64,000 bases of DNA. It comes from a virus. The notes beneath the pieces were generated by a model. The model was not told the DNA's origin. It saw only the letters and a program-made list of their open reading frames with translations, and did not search any database. Within the stretch, counting starts at the first letter, position 1. Each line of letters begins with the position of its first letter. This document shows, piece after piece, positions 41,592 to 51,409 of the stretch. A program made the translations under genes and the position numbers. The stretch is from positions 1 to 64,000 of the IMG/VR virus record IMGVR_UViG_3300044617_000796; one strand, 5' to 3'.

Positions 41592-42638
41592 TTAGAGTGA
41601 ACGCAACTTAACATTCTTACCGATTACATATGAATCAGCATTTTCAATGTTGTTTGCAACTCTCATGTACTGTGTGTACTCAATTGTGTCAGTCTTTGGC
41701 TTGAACTGGCGATACACTGTAATGTCACGGTGGATACCAATTACACGGTTGTTAGGGAATGTGAGTTCCACAAAACCATGCGAGCCTGCTGTGCCTGAGT
41801 AGTCACCAGCTGCAGTTTCTGGCATCAAAGGTACTTCAACAAGAGGAATACCGAATGGTGAAAGACCAGTTGCACCTGGACCACCATTTGCTCTCATTGA
41901 ACCTTGCAAGAACGCCATTTCACCAGCTGTTGACATTGGAGCAGGTGCGCCTGCTGTTGCCTCAGTTGCCGAGTTTGGATTACCCAAGCTATAAATTGAA
42001 TCCTGAACAAGTCCTGGACCTGTGAAGAATCGCAATTCATTGCGGCGCTGCAAGTACTTGCTTGGCAAGGTACGAAGAACTTTGTCAAAGACCGAACGGG
42101 AAATGTTATTTCCTCCGAAGTCTACAACATCTCCGCTTGTTCTTGCAAGCTTATTGAAGCCATCCAAAGCCTTAAGAAGACCGTTGTTTGACGATGTGTT
42201 ACCGTTGATAAACAAGTCATCAAGGTCGTTTGCTGTCTGGCGAGCCATGATCTGTGCGATATGGTCTTCCAGTGAAGCGCCCTCAATGTTGTCTTCCAAC
42301 GATTCTGTTGAAATATTCCAGTCAAGACGAAGCTTTACAGTTGAAAGCGATACCTTGCTGAATGTGACAGCTGCGTTTGTGCCATCATCTGTTGCTTCGG
42401 TTGCCTTTGCAAGCAAACGAGTGCCGACAGACACCTTGTCAATGTCCATCTGTGGAGTACGCATACGAATTACTCGTGCGTTCTTCATCAATACTGATTG
42501 ATCAACAACAAAGTCAAGGAAGCGATTTGCTTGCTCTGGGTAGAGAAGTCCACCACCACCACTGACTGGGCTGCTGTTTGAAACTACCGCAGTAGTTACC
42601 TCATTGGCTTTTGCCAAAATTTCTTCTTGTGTTGCCAT
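41592..42638 (-). CDS. Major capsid protein (HK97 fold)
   Basis: 348 aa with 'GGLLYPEQANRF...ISTESLEDNIEG..LEDHI...DLDDLFINGN'; follows the protease gene. Confidence 0.9.
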   Translation of the reverse strand: MATQEEILAKANEVTTAVVSNSSPVSGGGGLLYPEQANRFLDFVVDQSVLMKNARVIRMRTPQMDIDKVSVGTRLLAKATEATDDGTNAAVTFSKVSLSTVKLRLDWNISTESLEDNIEGASLEDHIAQIMARQTANDLDDLFINGNTSSNNGLLKALDGFNKLARTSGDVVDFGGNNISRSVFDKVLRTLPSKYLQRRNELRFFTGPGLVQDSIYSLGNPNSATEATAGAPAPMSTAGEMAFLQGSMRANGGPGATGLSPFGIPLVEVPLMPETAAGDYSGTAGSHGFVELTFPNNRVIGIHRDITVYRQFKPKTDTIEYTQYMRVANNIENADSYVIGKNVKLRSL

Positions 42639-42658
42639 AGTAGTTTTTCCTCCTTACC

Positions 42659-44482
42659 TTATGACCTATAACCTAGGGAGTTAATTAACTCCTGTGGCAA
42701 ATATGTATTTCTCCAGAATGAAGTAGGTGCAGACTTGGCAAGTGCCTCTTCTGCTACTTCTTCATCATCTTCTGGATCTACGCTCTTTTTTACAGCGCCA
42801 GCTGCGGCAAATGCCTCAACCTTTTCTGTTTGCTCAGCGAGAGCCAACTCTGCTGTTTCCAGCTTTTGTTGAAGCTCAGTACTCTGAACCTCAAAACCCT
42901 TAGCAACTGCTTCAATTTTTTCCTGAACAGAGGCTTCAACTTCTTCCTTGATTGAAGTAGCAAAACTAGCCAGTTTTTCATCAACAACAGCACTCAGAGC
43001 ATCTTTAAGAACATTAATGTCCATTTCTTCCTCCTGTGTGTCTCCACTTACTTCAACGGAAGTTGAAGTTGTTTCTTCTGCGACATCTGGAACAAGCCAT
43101 CCAATAAACTTTTTCAATAGACTAAGCTTATTAATTTCTTGTTCATTCATGTCAGAGATCTTATCATAAGTATCATTTAATTGCAATTCAGAGTCTTGCT
43201 GAATAATAGAATCCATTTTCTCAATCATCTCCTTAATTGTATCAAAAAGCTCACCGTCTTGTAAGGACATTTCGCTTTTTGTTGTCTTTTGAGCAGGGTT
43301 ATTTGGAACACAATTTGGAACCATGTTTCCATCCGCACCCTTCTTTTCACCTTCTTGGTGATAACCTTCCCCGCAGGGACTGTCTTCTTTCTTAATTTTC
43401 TTTTTTGGCTTAAACTTTGGGGAGCCAGATGGAAAAGGAGGAACAGTCGGTGATGCGATACCGTTTCTTGCTGGATACTTAGATTCTGCATTTTCTGTTG
43501 TTACAGACGCATCTTTCTCAACATCTTCACAAGAATTGCAACCACAGTCACAGCCTTGATCCTTCATTAATTCCAAAACGACATCCAACAAATCTTCGTC
43601 AAAATCATTTTCTAAGAAACCTTTTTTCTTTGAGTTCGCATAGCGCTCAAGCAATCTACGACCTTTCGCAGCCAGCTTTGCTGCATCCGATCTGTCCTGA
43701 GGAACAGGCTCACCCCACGCCGCTGCTGAAAGCGCAAGCCGTGTAGGTTCACCATTTGGCTTCTTCATTGGTCCAGATGGGTTTGTAAAAAATCTTGTAA
43801 GGAACGATCCCTTGCGGCGCATTTTTTCTGGAGTATCAGCAGCACCACGGACACCTGGCTTTAAGTTTGCACCTTCTGTTTCTTTGAAGTGCCTTCTTCC
43901 AGCAGCAGTAAGACCACCTTTTGGATCTTTAATAGGTTGCTTTGCTTTCGCCAATTGGCAATCAAGGTCGCAATCAAGAGCGTATTTAAGCAAGCCTTCA
44001 TCATTTACTTTAATAATATCAATAATGGCTAAAGCGTTGGCTGGGTTATCTACAAGACTAAGCTCGCCAAGAACATACTTTTTAATAATATTGACTGGCT
44101 TACCACGAAACATCTTGTCAGCCGATTCTGACTTTTCAATTACTTTGCCGCCAATTGAGAAAGAACGGAGAGTTCCGTCAAGAACTTTCTGCCAGGTATC
44201 TTCAGCCCCCTTGGAGATGTAAGCTTCTACTTTAACAGCATTATAGGATGTTCCATCAGCGCCAGTAATAACAACTGGCTCATATTTGACAGCCTTGCCT
44301 ACTGCAACAGGGGCGTGCATTTCTCTAATGTTGCCGCCCCAGTTTGCAAAAGCTTCCTTGGATGCCTCAAAGTCAACAATATCACCAGCCTTGTCAATAT
44401 TGTCTGCAGTGGCAATGCCGACTACAATCCGTTGTTCCCGCTTAATCATATCAATTGGGAATGAAATATTAAAATCCGACAT
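42659..44482 (-). CDS. Prohead protease/scaffold fusion with inserted small modules
   Basis: HK97-type protease motifs 'D..GDIV', 'IREMH', 'SFSIGG', 'ELSLVDNPAN'; acidic coiled-coil C-terminus. Confidence 0.85.
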   Translation of the reverse strand: MSDFNISFPIDMIKREQRIVVGIATADNIDKAGDIVDFEASKEAFANWGGNIREMHAPVAVGKAVKYEPVVITGADGTSYNAVKVEAYISKGAEDTWQKVLDGTLRSFSIGGKVIEKSESADKMFRGKPVNIIKKYVLGELSLVDNPANALAIIDIIKVNDEGLLKYALDCDLDCQLAKAKQPIKDPKGGLTAAGRRHFKETEGANLKPGVRGAADTPEKMRRKGSFLTRFFTNPSGPMKKPNGEPTRLALSAAAWGEPVPQDRSDAAKLAAKGRRLLERYANSKKKGFLENDFDEDLLDVVLELMKDQGCDCGCNSCEDVEKDASVTTENAESKYPARNGIASPTVPPFPSGSPKFKPKKKIKKEDSPCGEGYHQEGEKKGADGNMVPNCVPNNPAQKTTKSEMSLQDGELFDTIKEMIEKMDSIIQQDSELQLNDTYDKISDMNEQEINKLSLLKKFIGWLVPDVAEETTSTSVEVSGDTQEEEMDINVLKDALSAVVDEKLASFATSIKEEVEASVQEKIEAVAKGFEVQSTELQQKLETAELALAEQTEKVEAFAAAGAVKKSVDPEDDEEVAEEALAKSAPTSFWRNTYLPQELINSLGYRS

Positions 44483-44549
44483 TTAACCCTCGTAATTTAC
44501 AAGCATATATCATATTGACAATTATTGCAAATTATCCTAATCCTTCTGA

Positions 44550-44801
44550 TCAGCCTAACGCAAAAACTGCTACAGCAGAAGAGGCGGTGACTACCTGAAT
44601 GGTTGTATAATCGCCATCAATTTCTATATATTCCGTAGACTCTGCTGGAAGGAGGATTGTATATTGATCATTAAGCTTAATATCAACATCAGTAGCTCCC
44701 TTGTTGTAAACATACAGCTCACTTGTATGTTGTCCAATATTTACAACTCCATCTGCTGTCACTAAATTCTTGTTTGAATATACCAAACTACTTTCACTCA
44801 T
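44550..44801 (-). CDS. Small virion-associated protein
   Basis: AAGGAG RBS; lies between portal and protease genes. Confidence 0.6.
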   Translation of the reverse strand: MSESSLVYSNKNLVTADGVVNIGQHTSELYVYNKGATDVDIKLNDQYTILLPAESTEYIEIDGDYTTIQVVTASSAVAVFALG

Positions 44802-46455
44802 TGTATTCTCCTTGATTAAACTTACTGGTTGAATCATTGTTCACTCCAGAATCTTGATTTTGACCACGCTCTGCTTGGGCTCCATCTGCTCTTGGGTCGC
44901 TTGTTGCCCCATCACCTGTTGGTGACTTAGGCGGTTCTGATGCAGAGTTGTTATCATTTCCAAAAGGAGCACCAGGACCATTTTTGCCTGAATCGTTTTG
45001 TTCTTTCTTAACATTCGTTGGGAATGGAAGAACTTCATCGCCATCATATCTTTCTGGAAGACCGATCTGGCTTCTGACTTCGTTTGGCGTAATAACTTCT
45101 GTCCTAAGATATCTATCGTTAATTCTTGACTGGATGTCTTCGTCAACCAAGTCAATCTTCTTAAGATGAATCTGCATTAGATCAGTAAACTCACCAACAA
45201 TCCTATTTAGTTTTTTTTCAATAATTGCCTGATCTGGTCCAATCACTTGCATCTTAAAACTCTTATCCGCATCTCTTGACACAGCCAGGTTTGCATTGTC
45301 ATAAACTCCAACTTTCGGGGCAGGGACTCTGTTTGCTACAAGAATTTCATCTCTGTTTGATTTACGATATTTATCAAATGATGAATCCTGAATTCCAGCT
45401 TCAAGTTTTTCAAACTTAATGTCAGTATTTGTTCCAAGGCTGGCAGGAAGTGGAATTACCAATGTCCCATGATTACGACCTTTAACTTCATTTCTAAAGT
45501 AGTTAATCAATTCCTGTTTTGACTTATTACTAAGCTTTGCACCCTTAAGAATAATTGCATAACGGGGAATTGCTTTGTTTTCAAAATAATCAATGTTATA
45601 TTCTTTTGCAAATTTATCACCAATGATCGCTGTTGCGGCTGACACTGCGGAAGGAATTCCATAGTATGTATTGTTTGGTGAATAAATTTTAAAGTGGATT
45701 AATTCGTTAGGTTTTGGATCGTTATTAATTGGGTCTGGAGTTTCTTTATCTTGAAACTGTCTAAAAAACACCGCTTGGATTTTATTTGTTTTTGCAATCT
45801 GCACATAACCGTCACGCTTTCTGCGAACACGAACTAGCGTTGCAGGGACATGTCCGATGTAACCAATCTTGCCAGCATTGTTTCTACCAATTTCAAGATA
45901 TCCGTTCCCTACAGTTAAAACATCTTGCCAAACACGAACCATTGTCTCAATCAATGTTTCTTCAATATTTAAACTTTCAAATGTTTCATCAAGATCTTCT
46001 TTTAAATCCTGATACTGCTGGCGAAGTCTTGTAAGTTTTTCTTCACCAGCTTGCGCTTTTTCAATTCTTCTTTTAGCCTTTAGTGTCTCTTGAAACTCGT
46101 AACCAAGACCAACTGTGTTCATAACTCTTGCATTAATAGCTGCATAATGAATTGCGCTTTGATCATACAAGCCAGCCAGCGTGTCTAGATCGTAAGGAGG
46201 GTTTACAATGTCGTAAAGTGAATATCCACTTACAACTTCTGGATCAACATATTTTGACTTGGTACCGTCTTCTCCTTCATGTTTCTTTTGAAGACGCACA
46301 GCTTTGCGCTTCATTTTTGGAGAAAGGCTGTCAATTTTTACTAAATCAAACGGATCAAATGTTTCAACTTTACTTGTGAACCCCATGTATGAAATATCAT
46401 CAATTTCTTGATCAAGAATAATTGTTTCTTCAACCAACTCTGTTTTACTTTCCAT
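44794..46455 (-). CDS. Portal protein (PBSX/HK97-like)
   Basis: 'GNGYLEI.RN', 'YYGIP', 'YFEN.AIP', 'ITPNEVR..IGL'; start at 46455 after AGGAG. Confidence 0.9.
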   Translation of the reverse strand: MESKTELVEETIILDQEIDDISYMGFTSKVETFDPFDLVKIDSLSPKMKRKAVRLQKKHEGEDGTKSKYVDPEVVSGYSLYDIVNPPYDLDTLAGLYDQSAIHYAAINARVMNTVGLGYEFQETLKAKRRIEKAQAGEEKLTRLRQQYQDLKEDLDETFESLNIEETLIETMVRVWQDVLTVGNGYLEIGRNNAGKIGYIGHVPATLVRVRRKRDGYVQIAKTNKIQAVFFRQFQDKETPDPINNDPKPNELIHFKIYSPNNTYYGIPSAVSAATAIIGDKFAKEYNIDYFENKAIPRYAIILKGAKLSNKSKQELINYFRNEVKGRNHGTLVIPLPASLGTNTDIKFEKLEAGIQDSSFDKYRKSNRDEILVANRVPAPKVGVYDNANLAVSRDADKSFKMQVIGPDQAIIEKKLNRIVGEFTDLMQIHLKKIDLVDEDIQSRINDRYLRTEVITPNEVRSQIGLPERYDGDEVLPFPTNVKKEQNDSGKNGPGAPFGNDNNSASEPPKSPTGDGATSDPRADGAQAERGQNQDSGVNNDSTSKFNQGEYNE

Positions 46456-46792
46456 TAGCGCTCCTGTTTGAGAAATGATCGTCATACATATCTTCAAATG
46501 GATCAGCTATCAAACCATCATTCAACCTTTCAACCTGATCATCCTTTTCTGATGCTGAGATTTTTCTTGCACCAGCAACCCACTTAACTAAACCATCAGC
46601 ATCACCGCTCCAGTAGCGACCAGCTTCCAAAACCCTTCTTTCAACATCTAGGTCATACATAAGACCTTCGGCGCACAGCACGCCTCCATCTCCATCTGAA
46701 AGGGCTTCATCTTTTGAAGTAAAGTAAACACACACACCGTGAGGTCTTTCTGGAACCCAGATGTTTTTGCTTTTAATCATATTTGACGACAT
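46445..46792 (-). CDS. Hypothetical protein
   Basis: 115 aa, leaderless TATAAT promoter. Confidence 0.65.
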   Translation of the reverse strand: MSSNMIKSKNIWVPERPHGVCVYFTSKDEALSDGDGGVLCAEGLMYDLDVERRVLEAGRYWSGDADGLVKWVAGARKISASEKDDQVERLNDGLIADPFEDMYDDHFSNRSANGK

Positions 46793-46845
46793 ACGGTAAA
46801 TTATACACCACTTTTATTAAAAAATGATACACAAGTGTTCAGATA

Positions 46846-48774
46846 TCAACGAATTGGGCATGCGCCTGTAGCACAGTCATCTAATTCAATTGATAAATCG
46901 CTTGACATCTGTTGCAATGGTACAGAAAGGTTGAGTTTTGACAATGTTTTGTCATACTCTTCCTTTGTAATCTCCTCGTAAGGGGGCAAAGGGAAGTTAT
47001 GGTCTACATGCAAAAGGAACGATACAGACTTGACACTCTTATCATAATTCTTTGCCAGCCATTCTTGAATAGCTGGGAGTTCCTCTTTGCGGTAATAAAC
47101 TGTCACTGAAACCGCATTATCTGCCCACTCAGCCTGCATCTTCTTAACCCATTCAAGTTGCTCAATAGCAGTCATGTTTGCTGCCAACACTGCACCCTCT
47201 GGTGATTTGCATGGGAACTCAACAACATATCGGCTGTGATCTTCTCTACCATCAAGCCCCATATCCCAAGTAACTTTATAACCACGCTTCCTGCATGCGT
47301 CAACAAGCGGGTCAACCGAACTAAACCGAACCCTGCGAATGTAGTACTGAGCAAAGGCTGGGTGAATTCCAGGAGTAACACCTGGAAGTAAGGACAGCGT
47401 TCCAGATGGCTGGACAGTAGTCAAGCGAACAGACTCAGGGAAGCCTTGTTCACGAGAGTAGTCTTTATCCAGCGCCCGCAAGTATTCATAAGCCGTTTTC
47501 AGCCATCCAATTTGAACCTCTGTGCACTGCAAAATTCCAGTTACAGACTGTCCAAGTCTTGCGTTCTTATGAACAACAGTGTTTGTTTTTTCATATGGGT
47601 ACGAAAGCCTTGTGATCTGCTTTTGCACCATGTACAAAAGTCTTGAGATTTCCATGAGTTGTGCTAGCGATTCAATGTTTGGCAAAAAGATTGTTGCAAG
47701 GTTGCATGACTCACCATCTGCAAGTGCAATCTCTGCGCATGGGTTGAAACCCTCAATAGTTGGGTCTGGCATCTTCTCGCCCAATCTTCCGTGTGTTCTT
47801 GCAAGCTTTCTATTCAACAAACCGTATGGCTCGCCAGTTCCGTCATAACCTTTCCAGAACTCTGCAACAATTTCATCATACGAGTCGGCATAGATAGAGT
47901 TGTTTGAGTTTGCTCTCCATGCAGGAACATTGCCGCTACCCCAATTCTTTGCTCTAATAAACAACATGTCATCAGGGTCTCCAATTGCAATCTGCGCCGA
48001 TCTGCGTGATGAACCAGAGACAACAATTCTTCCAATGATGTTGCAAATATCAAGAACATCAATTGAACGAAGCTTCTTTCCAACTCTCTGATCTAAAACT
48101 TTTGAAATATCTACAATGCCATCTACAAGCGCACCAGAGCCAGAGGCTGTTCCACCAAATGTCTTGAGTGGTGTTCCAAACTCACGAATCAACAAAGTTG
48201 AGTATGTAAAAGATTTACCAGTTACAAAGTAGGACTCAAGAACTTTATGGAGCAATTCCCTCCAGCCCTGTCTTGAGTCTGGAACAATAAAATCTGCGTC
48301 ATTTGTTTTTTCGGCTGTAATGTAATCTACTTTTTTAACCTTTGGCAAATCATGAATCTTTGAACGCTCAACAGAAAAACCAACCCCACCGCCAAGCATC
48401 AAGTAATCAAACAGAAGTTCAAAATCTTCAATCTTCTCAATGTTTGTAAAAAAACAATTATTAAGAGAAGTTCCTGAGAACTTCTTTACAAGAGGCGTAC
48501 CAAGTTGCCAGAGGGCTCTGCCAGAAACTGAGCACCTAAGGTTGAACATGTGATCAAACAAAGCTTCCGCTTCAGATTGCGTAAATGGAACTCCAATTTC
48601 AATAGCGCCATCAATAATTCTCTTGATTGTTTCAACCCAGGTCTCACTTCTGTCGGTTCCTTCAACTTTACGACTATATGTTCTTAAATAAACTACTTCT
48701 CCAAGACCACCAAAACCCCAAGGTGCGGTTCTTGAATTATAGCTATTAATAAAATCTGTTGTAAAAATTGACAT
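46846..48774 (-). CDS. nrdJ: Class II (adenosylcobalamin-dependent) ribonucleoside-triphosphate reductase, monomeric type
   Basis: 'SGRALWQLG', 'LNNC', 'GGGVGFS', 'NPCAEI', 'TTVQPSGT', C-terminal 'CATGACPIR'. Confidence 0.92.
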   Translation of the reverse strand: MSIFTTDFINSYNSRTAPWGFGGLGEVVYLRTYSRKVEGTDRSETWVETIKRIIDGAIEIGVPFTQSEAEALFDHMFNLRCSVSGRALWQLGTPLVKKFSGTSLNNCFFTNIEKIEDFELLFDYLMLGGGVGFSVERSKIHDLPKVKKVDYITAEKTNDADFIVPDSRQGWRELLHKVLESYFVTGKSFTYSTLLIREFGTPLKTFGGTASGSGALVDGIVDISKVLDQRVGKKLRSIDVLDICNIIGRIVVSGSSRRSAQIAIGDPDDMLFIRAKNWGSGNVPAWRANSNNSIYADSYDEIVAEFWKGYDGTGEPYGLLNRKLARTHGRLGEKMPDPTIEGFNPCAEIALADGESCNLATIFLPNIESLAQLMEISRLLYMVQKQITRLSYPYEKTNTVVHKNARLGQSVTGILQCTEVQIGWLKTAYEYLRALDKDYSREQGFPESVRLTTVQPSGTLSLLPGVTPGIHPAFAQYYIRRVRFSSVDPLVDACRKRGYKVTWDMGLDGREDHSRYVVEFPCKSPEGAVLAANMTAIEQLEWVKKMQAEWADNAVSVTVYYRKEELPAIQEWLAKNYDKSVKSVSFLLHVDHNFPLPPYEEITKEEYDKTLSKLNLSVPLQQMSSDLSIELDDCATGACPIR

Positions 48775-48846
48775 GACATACCTCCAAAAGTAAGAACAAC
48801 CATCTTACCCTGCGGGCAGACTCGGTGCAACCAAAAATACTTAGGT

Positions 48847-49860
48847 CTAAGAGAAATTATTTTCGTAGAAAACTATTCTTTCAAGAATTTTATCTGCAAC
48901 GCTTGACCAAGAGTGCTCGTTGTGCAGTGTGCGTGCAGATTGAATTGTATATTTTTTAAACTCATCATATTCAGAAACAACATGAGTCATAAGATCCATC
49001 AATTGTTCCATATCAGGATAAGCCCATAACCCTGTGTCTTCACCGTACTGATGGCTATTCCAATCCGCATTACCCATCTTGCATGAAAGAGGTATTGAAT
49101 ATTTTGCAAAATCACTACATCCAGTTGCATCTGTCACAATTGTTGGCATACCAGTACAAATTGCTTCAAAAGGTATCATACCAAAACCTTCACCACTAGT
49201 TGGGTAAACAAGGCAATGACATTTGTGATAGAGCTTAACTAAATCCTCCGTGCTTAAGTTATCTGGAATACCGTATATTTGAGGATGCTGAATAGCTGGA
49301 ACAAGATTGTTGTCAATATAAACTTCTGCCTGGCAAAAACCATTGTATTTAAGTACAAGCTTAAAGTCATCATTACCTTCATAAAGATCAAGAAATGCAT
49401 CAACAACCATTTGCGCATTTTTTCTTTTTGAATCACCGCCAACATGCAAGAAATTAAATGTCCCTGTGACTTCTCTATCAATTATTTTGAATTCATCAGA
49501 GATGCCGTGCGGAATAACATGAATGTTATGATGCACATTGTTTTGAATATATACATCTTTTACAAAATTAGATGTAGCCCATATCTCATCCATTTGTTGC
49601 ATGTTGTATTTCCAACCAACTGGGATTTTGGTTGACTCCCAAGGAGTATATCCTACCTTGTATAAACTCTGCATTTGATAGTAATGAGGCTGACAGAAGT
49701 TAACATGGAAAGGTATTTCATTCCTATTGTAGAACACAGCTACATCTTTCTCTCTAAGAGCAGCAATAGTGCTAATAGCCGCATTGCTATAGCCTTGACT
49801 ATACCAATGGACACCACTAACATCAATACTACCAGGACTAAACCAGCTGATTTTTTTCAT
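48847..49860 (-). CDS. Glycosyltransferase family 4 (GT-B)
   Basis: 'YTPWES', 'VIPHG', 'RKN', 'PTSGEGFGMIPFEA'. Confidence 0.88.
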   Translation of the reverse strand: MKKISWFSPGSIDVSGVHWYSQGYSNAAISTIAALREKDVAVFYNRNEIPFHVNFCQPHYYQMQSLYKVGYTPWESTKIPVGWKYNMQQMDEIWATSNFVKDVYIQNNVHHNIHVIPHGISDEFKIIDREVTGTFNFLHVGGDSKRKNAQMVVDAFLDLYEGNDDFKLVLKYNGFCQAEVYIDNNLVPAIQHPQIYGIPDNLSTEDLVKLYHKCHCLVYPTSGEGFGMIPFEAICTGMPTIVTDATGCSDFAKYSIPLSCKMGNADWNSHQYGEDTGLWAYPDMEQLMDLMTHVVSEYDEFKKYTIQSARTLHNEHSWSSVADKILERIVFYENNFS

Positions 49861-49866
49861 AAAATA

Positions 49867-50112
49867 CTATGTGCGCTTTCGCTTTTTTTTTGGTTCCTCA
49901 ATTGTTCCATTAAAGTCTAAACAGTTTACACCATTTTTAAAAAAAATTTCTGCGTCTTTTTCAGAAATCTCGCAGGTGACTGGGATGTGTGTGAACATAC
50001 ATCTTGAAGCTGCTACATAGTAATCATTCATTTTTATGATTGAGATGAAATCGGAGTCCATTATGGCAGCACCGCTGCATTCATCAGACTCAACAATCCC
50101 GACAATTCTCAT
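49867..50112 (-). CDS. Hypothetical protein
   Basis: Leaderless TGgTATACT promoter. Confidence 0.65.
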   Translation of the reverse strand: MRIVGIVESDECSGAAIMDSDFISIIKMNDYYVAASRCMFTHIPVTCEISEKDAEIFFKNGVNCLDFNGTIEEPKKKRKRT

Positions 50113-50312
50113 AACTGAAGTATACCACCGTATTCTTTATACTAAGAGTACCAAGTGTACTAGTATACTTAATTGTTTATAAGTATATAAGTATATAGAG
50201 TACCTCGCTCGCTTTGCATGCGAAGCATACCAGTATTTTGCGACTTTTGCATCACTTTTGCAATTTTTTTTTATTCAATCAAATCTGGGAAAAGATGGTG
50301 TATCATATACCT

Positions 50313-50489
50313 ATGAACTTCTTTTACTTTGTAATTTACGCCGCTTATTTGGTACTTAATGCATTAATGTTTAAACTCGCAATTAGCTGGGGTTTTGAAC
50401 ACCAAATTGGTTGGAAGTCTGCTTTGATGTTTTCTTTCTTAGCAAGCAGTTTTGCTCTATTCCATAAAAATCGTGCTAAACCCGAATGA
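50313..50489 (+). CDS. Small membrane protein
   Basis: Two hydrophobic helices; start at 50313 after TATCAT. Confidence 0.55.
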   Translation: MNFFYFVIYAAYLVLNALMFKLAISWGFEHQIGWKSALMFSFLASSFALFHKNRAKPE

Positions 50490-50874
50490 CATTGATTTCT
50501 CATATCTAGAAGGTAAGAGAGTACTTGTTCTCTCAGATACAAGCTATAGACATGAGTATATAGTTAACTTTATTGAGAAGCTTAACAAATCTAAAGTTTA
50601 TATTTATATATCTCCAGCTACAACTTCTAGGTTTATTAAACTGTGGACAAAGACTGCAATTGATAAGAATGCTGAAATTATTTACGATAAACATTATGAA
50701 TATTTTTATACAAATAAAATTGATGATTATGAAATATGCATTATACTTGGTAAAAAGAAATCAAAAGAAACTCCCATATTAACTAGATTAGTTCGTGACA
50801 TGCTTTTGACTTATAAGAATATAACAATTGTTACAGAAAAAGGAATTGATTGCGATGAGAATTATACCGTATGA
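50452..50874 (+). CDS. Hypothetical protein
   Basis: ORF within an overlapping operon; start uncertain. Confidence 0.55.
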   Translation: MLYSIKIVLNPNDIDFSYLEGKRVLVLSDTSYRHEYIVNFIEKLNKSKVYIYISPATTSRFIKLWTKTAIDKNAEIIYDKHYEYFYTNKIDDYEICIILGKKKSKETPILTRLVRDMLLTYKNITIVTEKGIDCDENYTV

Positions 50875-51103
50875 TGGCGAAGAAAATTTAGAAGATATTG
50901 AGAGCCTTTCTATTGTGATTAAAGCTGTTCCATTTGAAGGAAGTTTTGTTCCAGCCTTCTTTATACAAAGTCCAGAAGATAATTATCCAATGACGCTGGA
51001 TGAAGTTAATTCTTTAATGGATGGAGTTGAAATTGCAAGAAACTCTTTAGATCACATTATTGCTTATTTAATAAGACAAGACTTTGATGGAGGAAGTTTG
51101 TAA
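50855..51103 (+). CDS. Hypothetical acidic protein
   Basis: AAGGA RBS before ATG 50855. Confidence 0.6.
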   Translation: MRIIPYDGEENLEDIESLSIVIKAVPFEGSFVPAFFIQSPEDNYPMTLDEVNSLMDGVEIARNSLDHIIAYLIRQDFDGGSL

Positions 51104-51390
51104 TGTTGTTGGGTGGTTTAAAAAAAGACTTTCCTTATCCAGATAAATTGTGCCCGTATTGCAATTGGTTGCTTGTGCCAGTTAATGCAATACATTGGCA
51201 AGAGGATATATATCAATACAAAGCTTTATATTTAGACAAGAATCCCGACTGTCCTGCTTATAATGAAGGTGCAAGACGGGCTTATGCTCGGATATACTAT
51301 ACATCAGAGGATGCCTTCTTTTACTTCAAAGATGTTCAAATGCCAGTACAGCGCTGGACTCAAGAGGAGCTATATTCGTATTACCAATAA
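51103..51390 (+). CDS. Hypothetical protein with CxxC
   Basis: GGAGG RBS, TAATG coupling. Confidence 0.65.
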   Translation: MLLGGLKKDFPYPDKLCPYCNWLLVPVNAIHWQEDIYQYKALYLDKNPDCPAYNEGARRAYARIYYTSEDAFFYFKDVQMPVQRWTQEELYSYYQ

Positions 51391-51409
51391 TATGGTAAAA
51401 TATTAGATT

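Noticed and set aside
46846-48774. Intein or intron in the RNR gene
   Set aside because: The ORF is continuous at a normal 642 aa with no splice-junction motifs.
1057-49920. Numerous + strand and alternate-frame ORFs over the structural genes
   Set aside because: They are shadow ORFs of long Ala/Gly/Thr-rich minus-strand genes and show no recognisable motifs.
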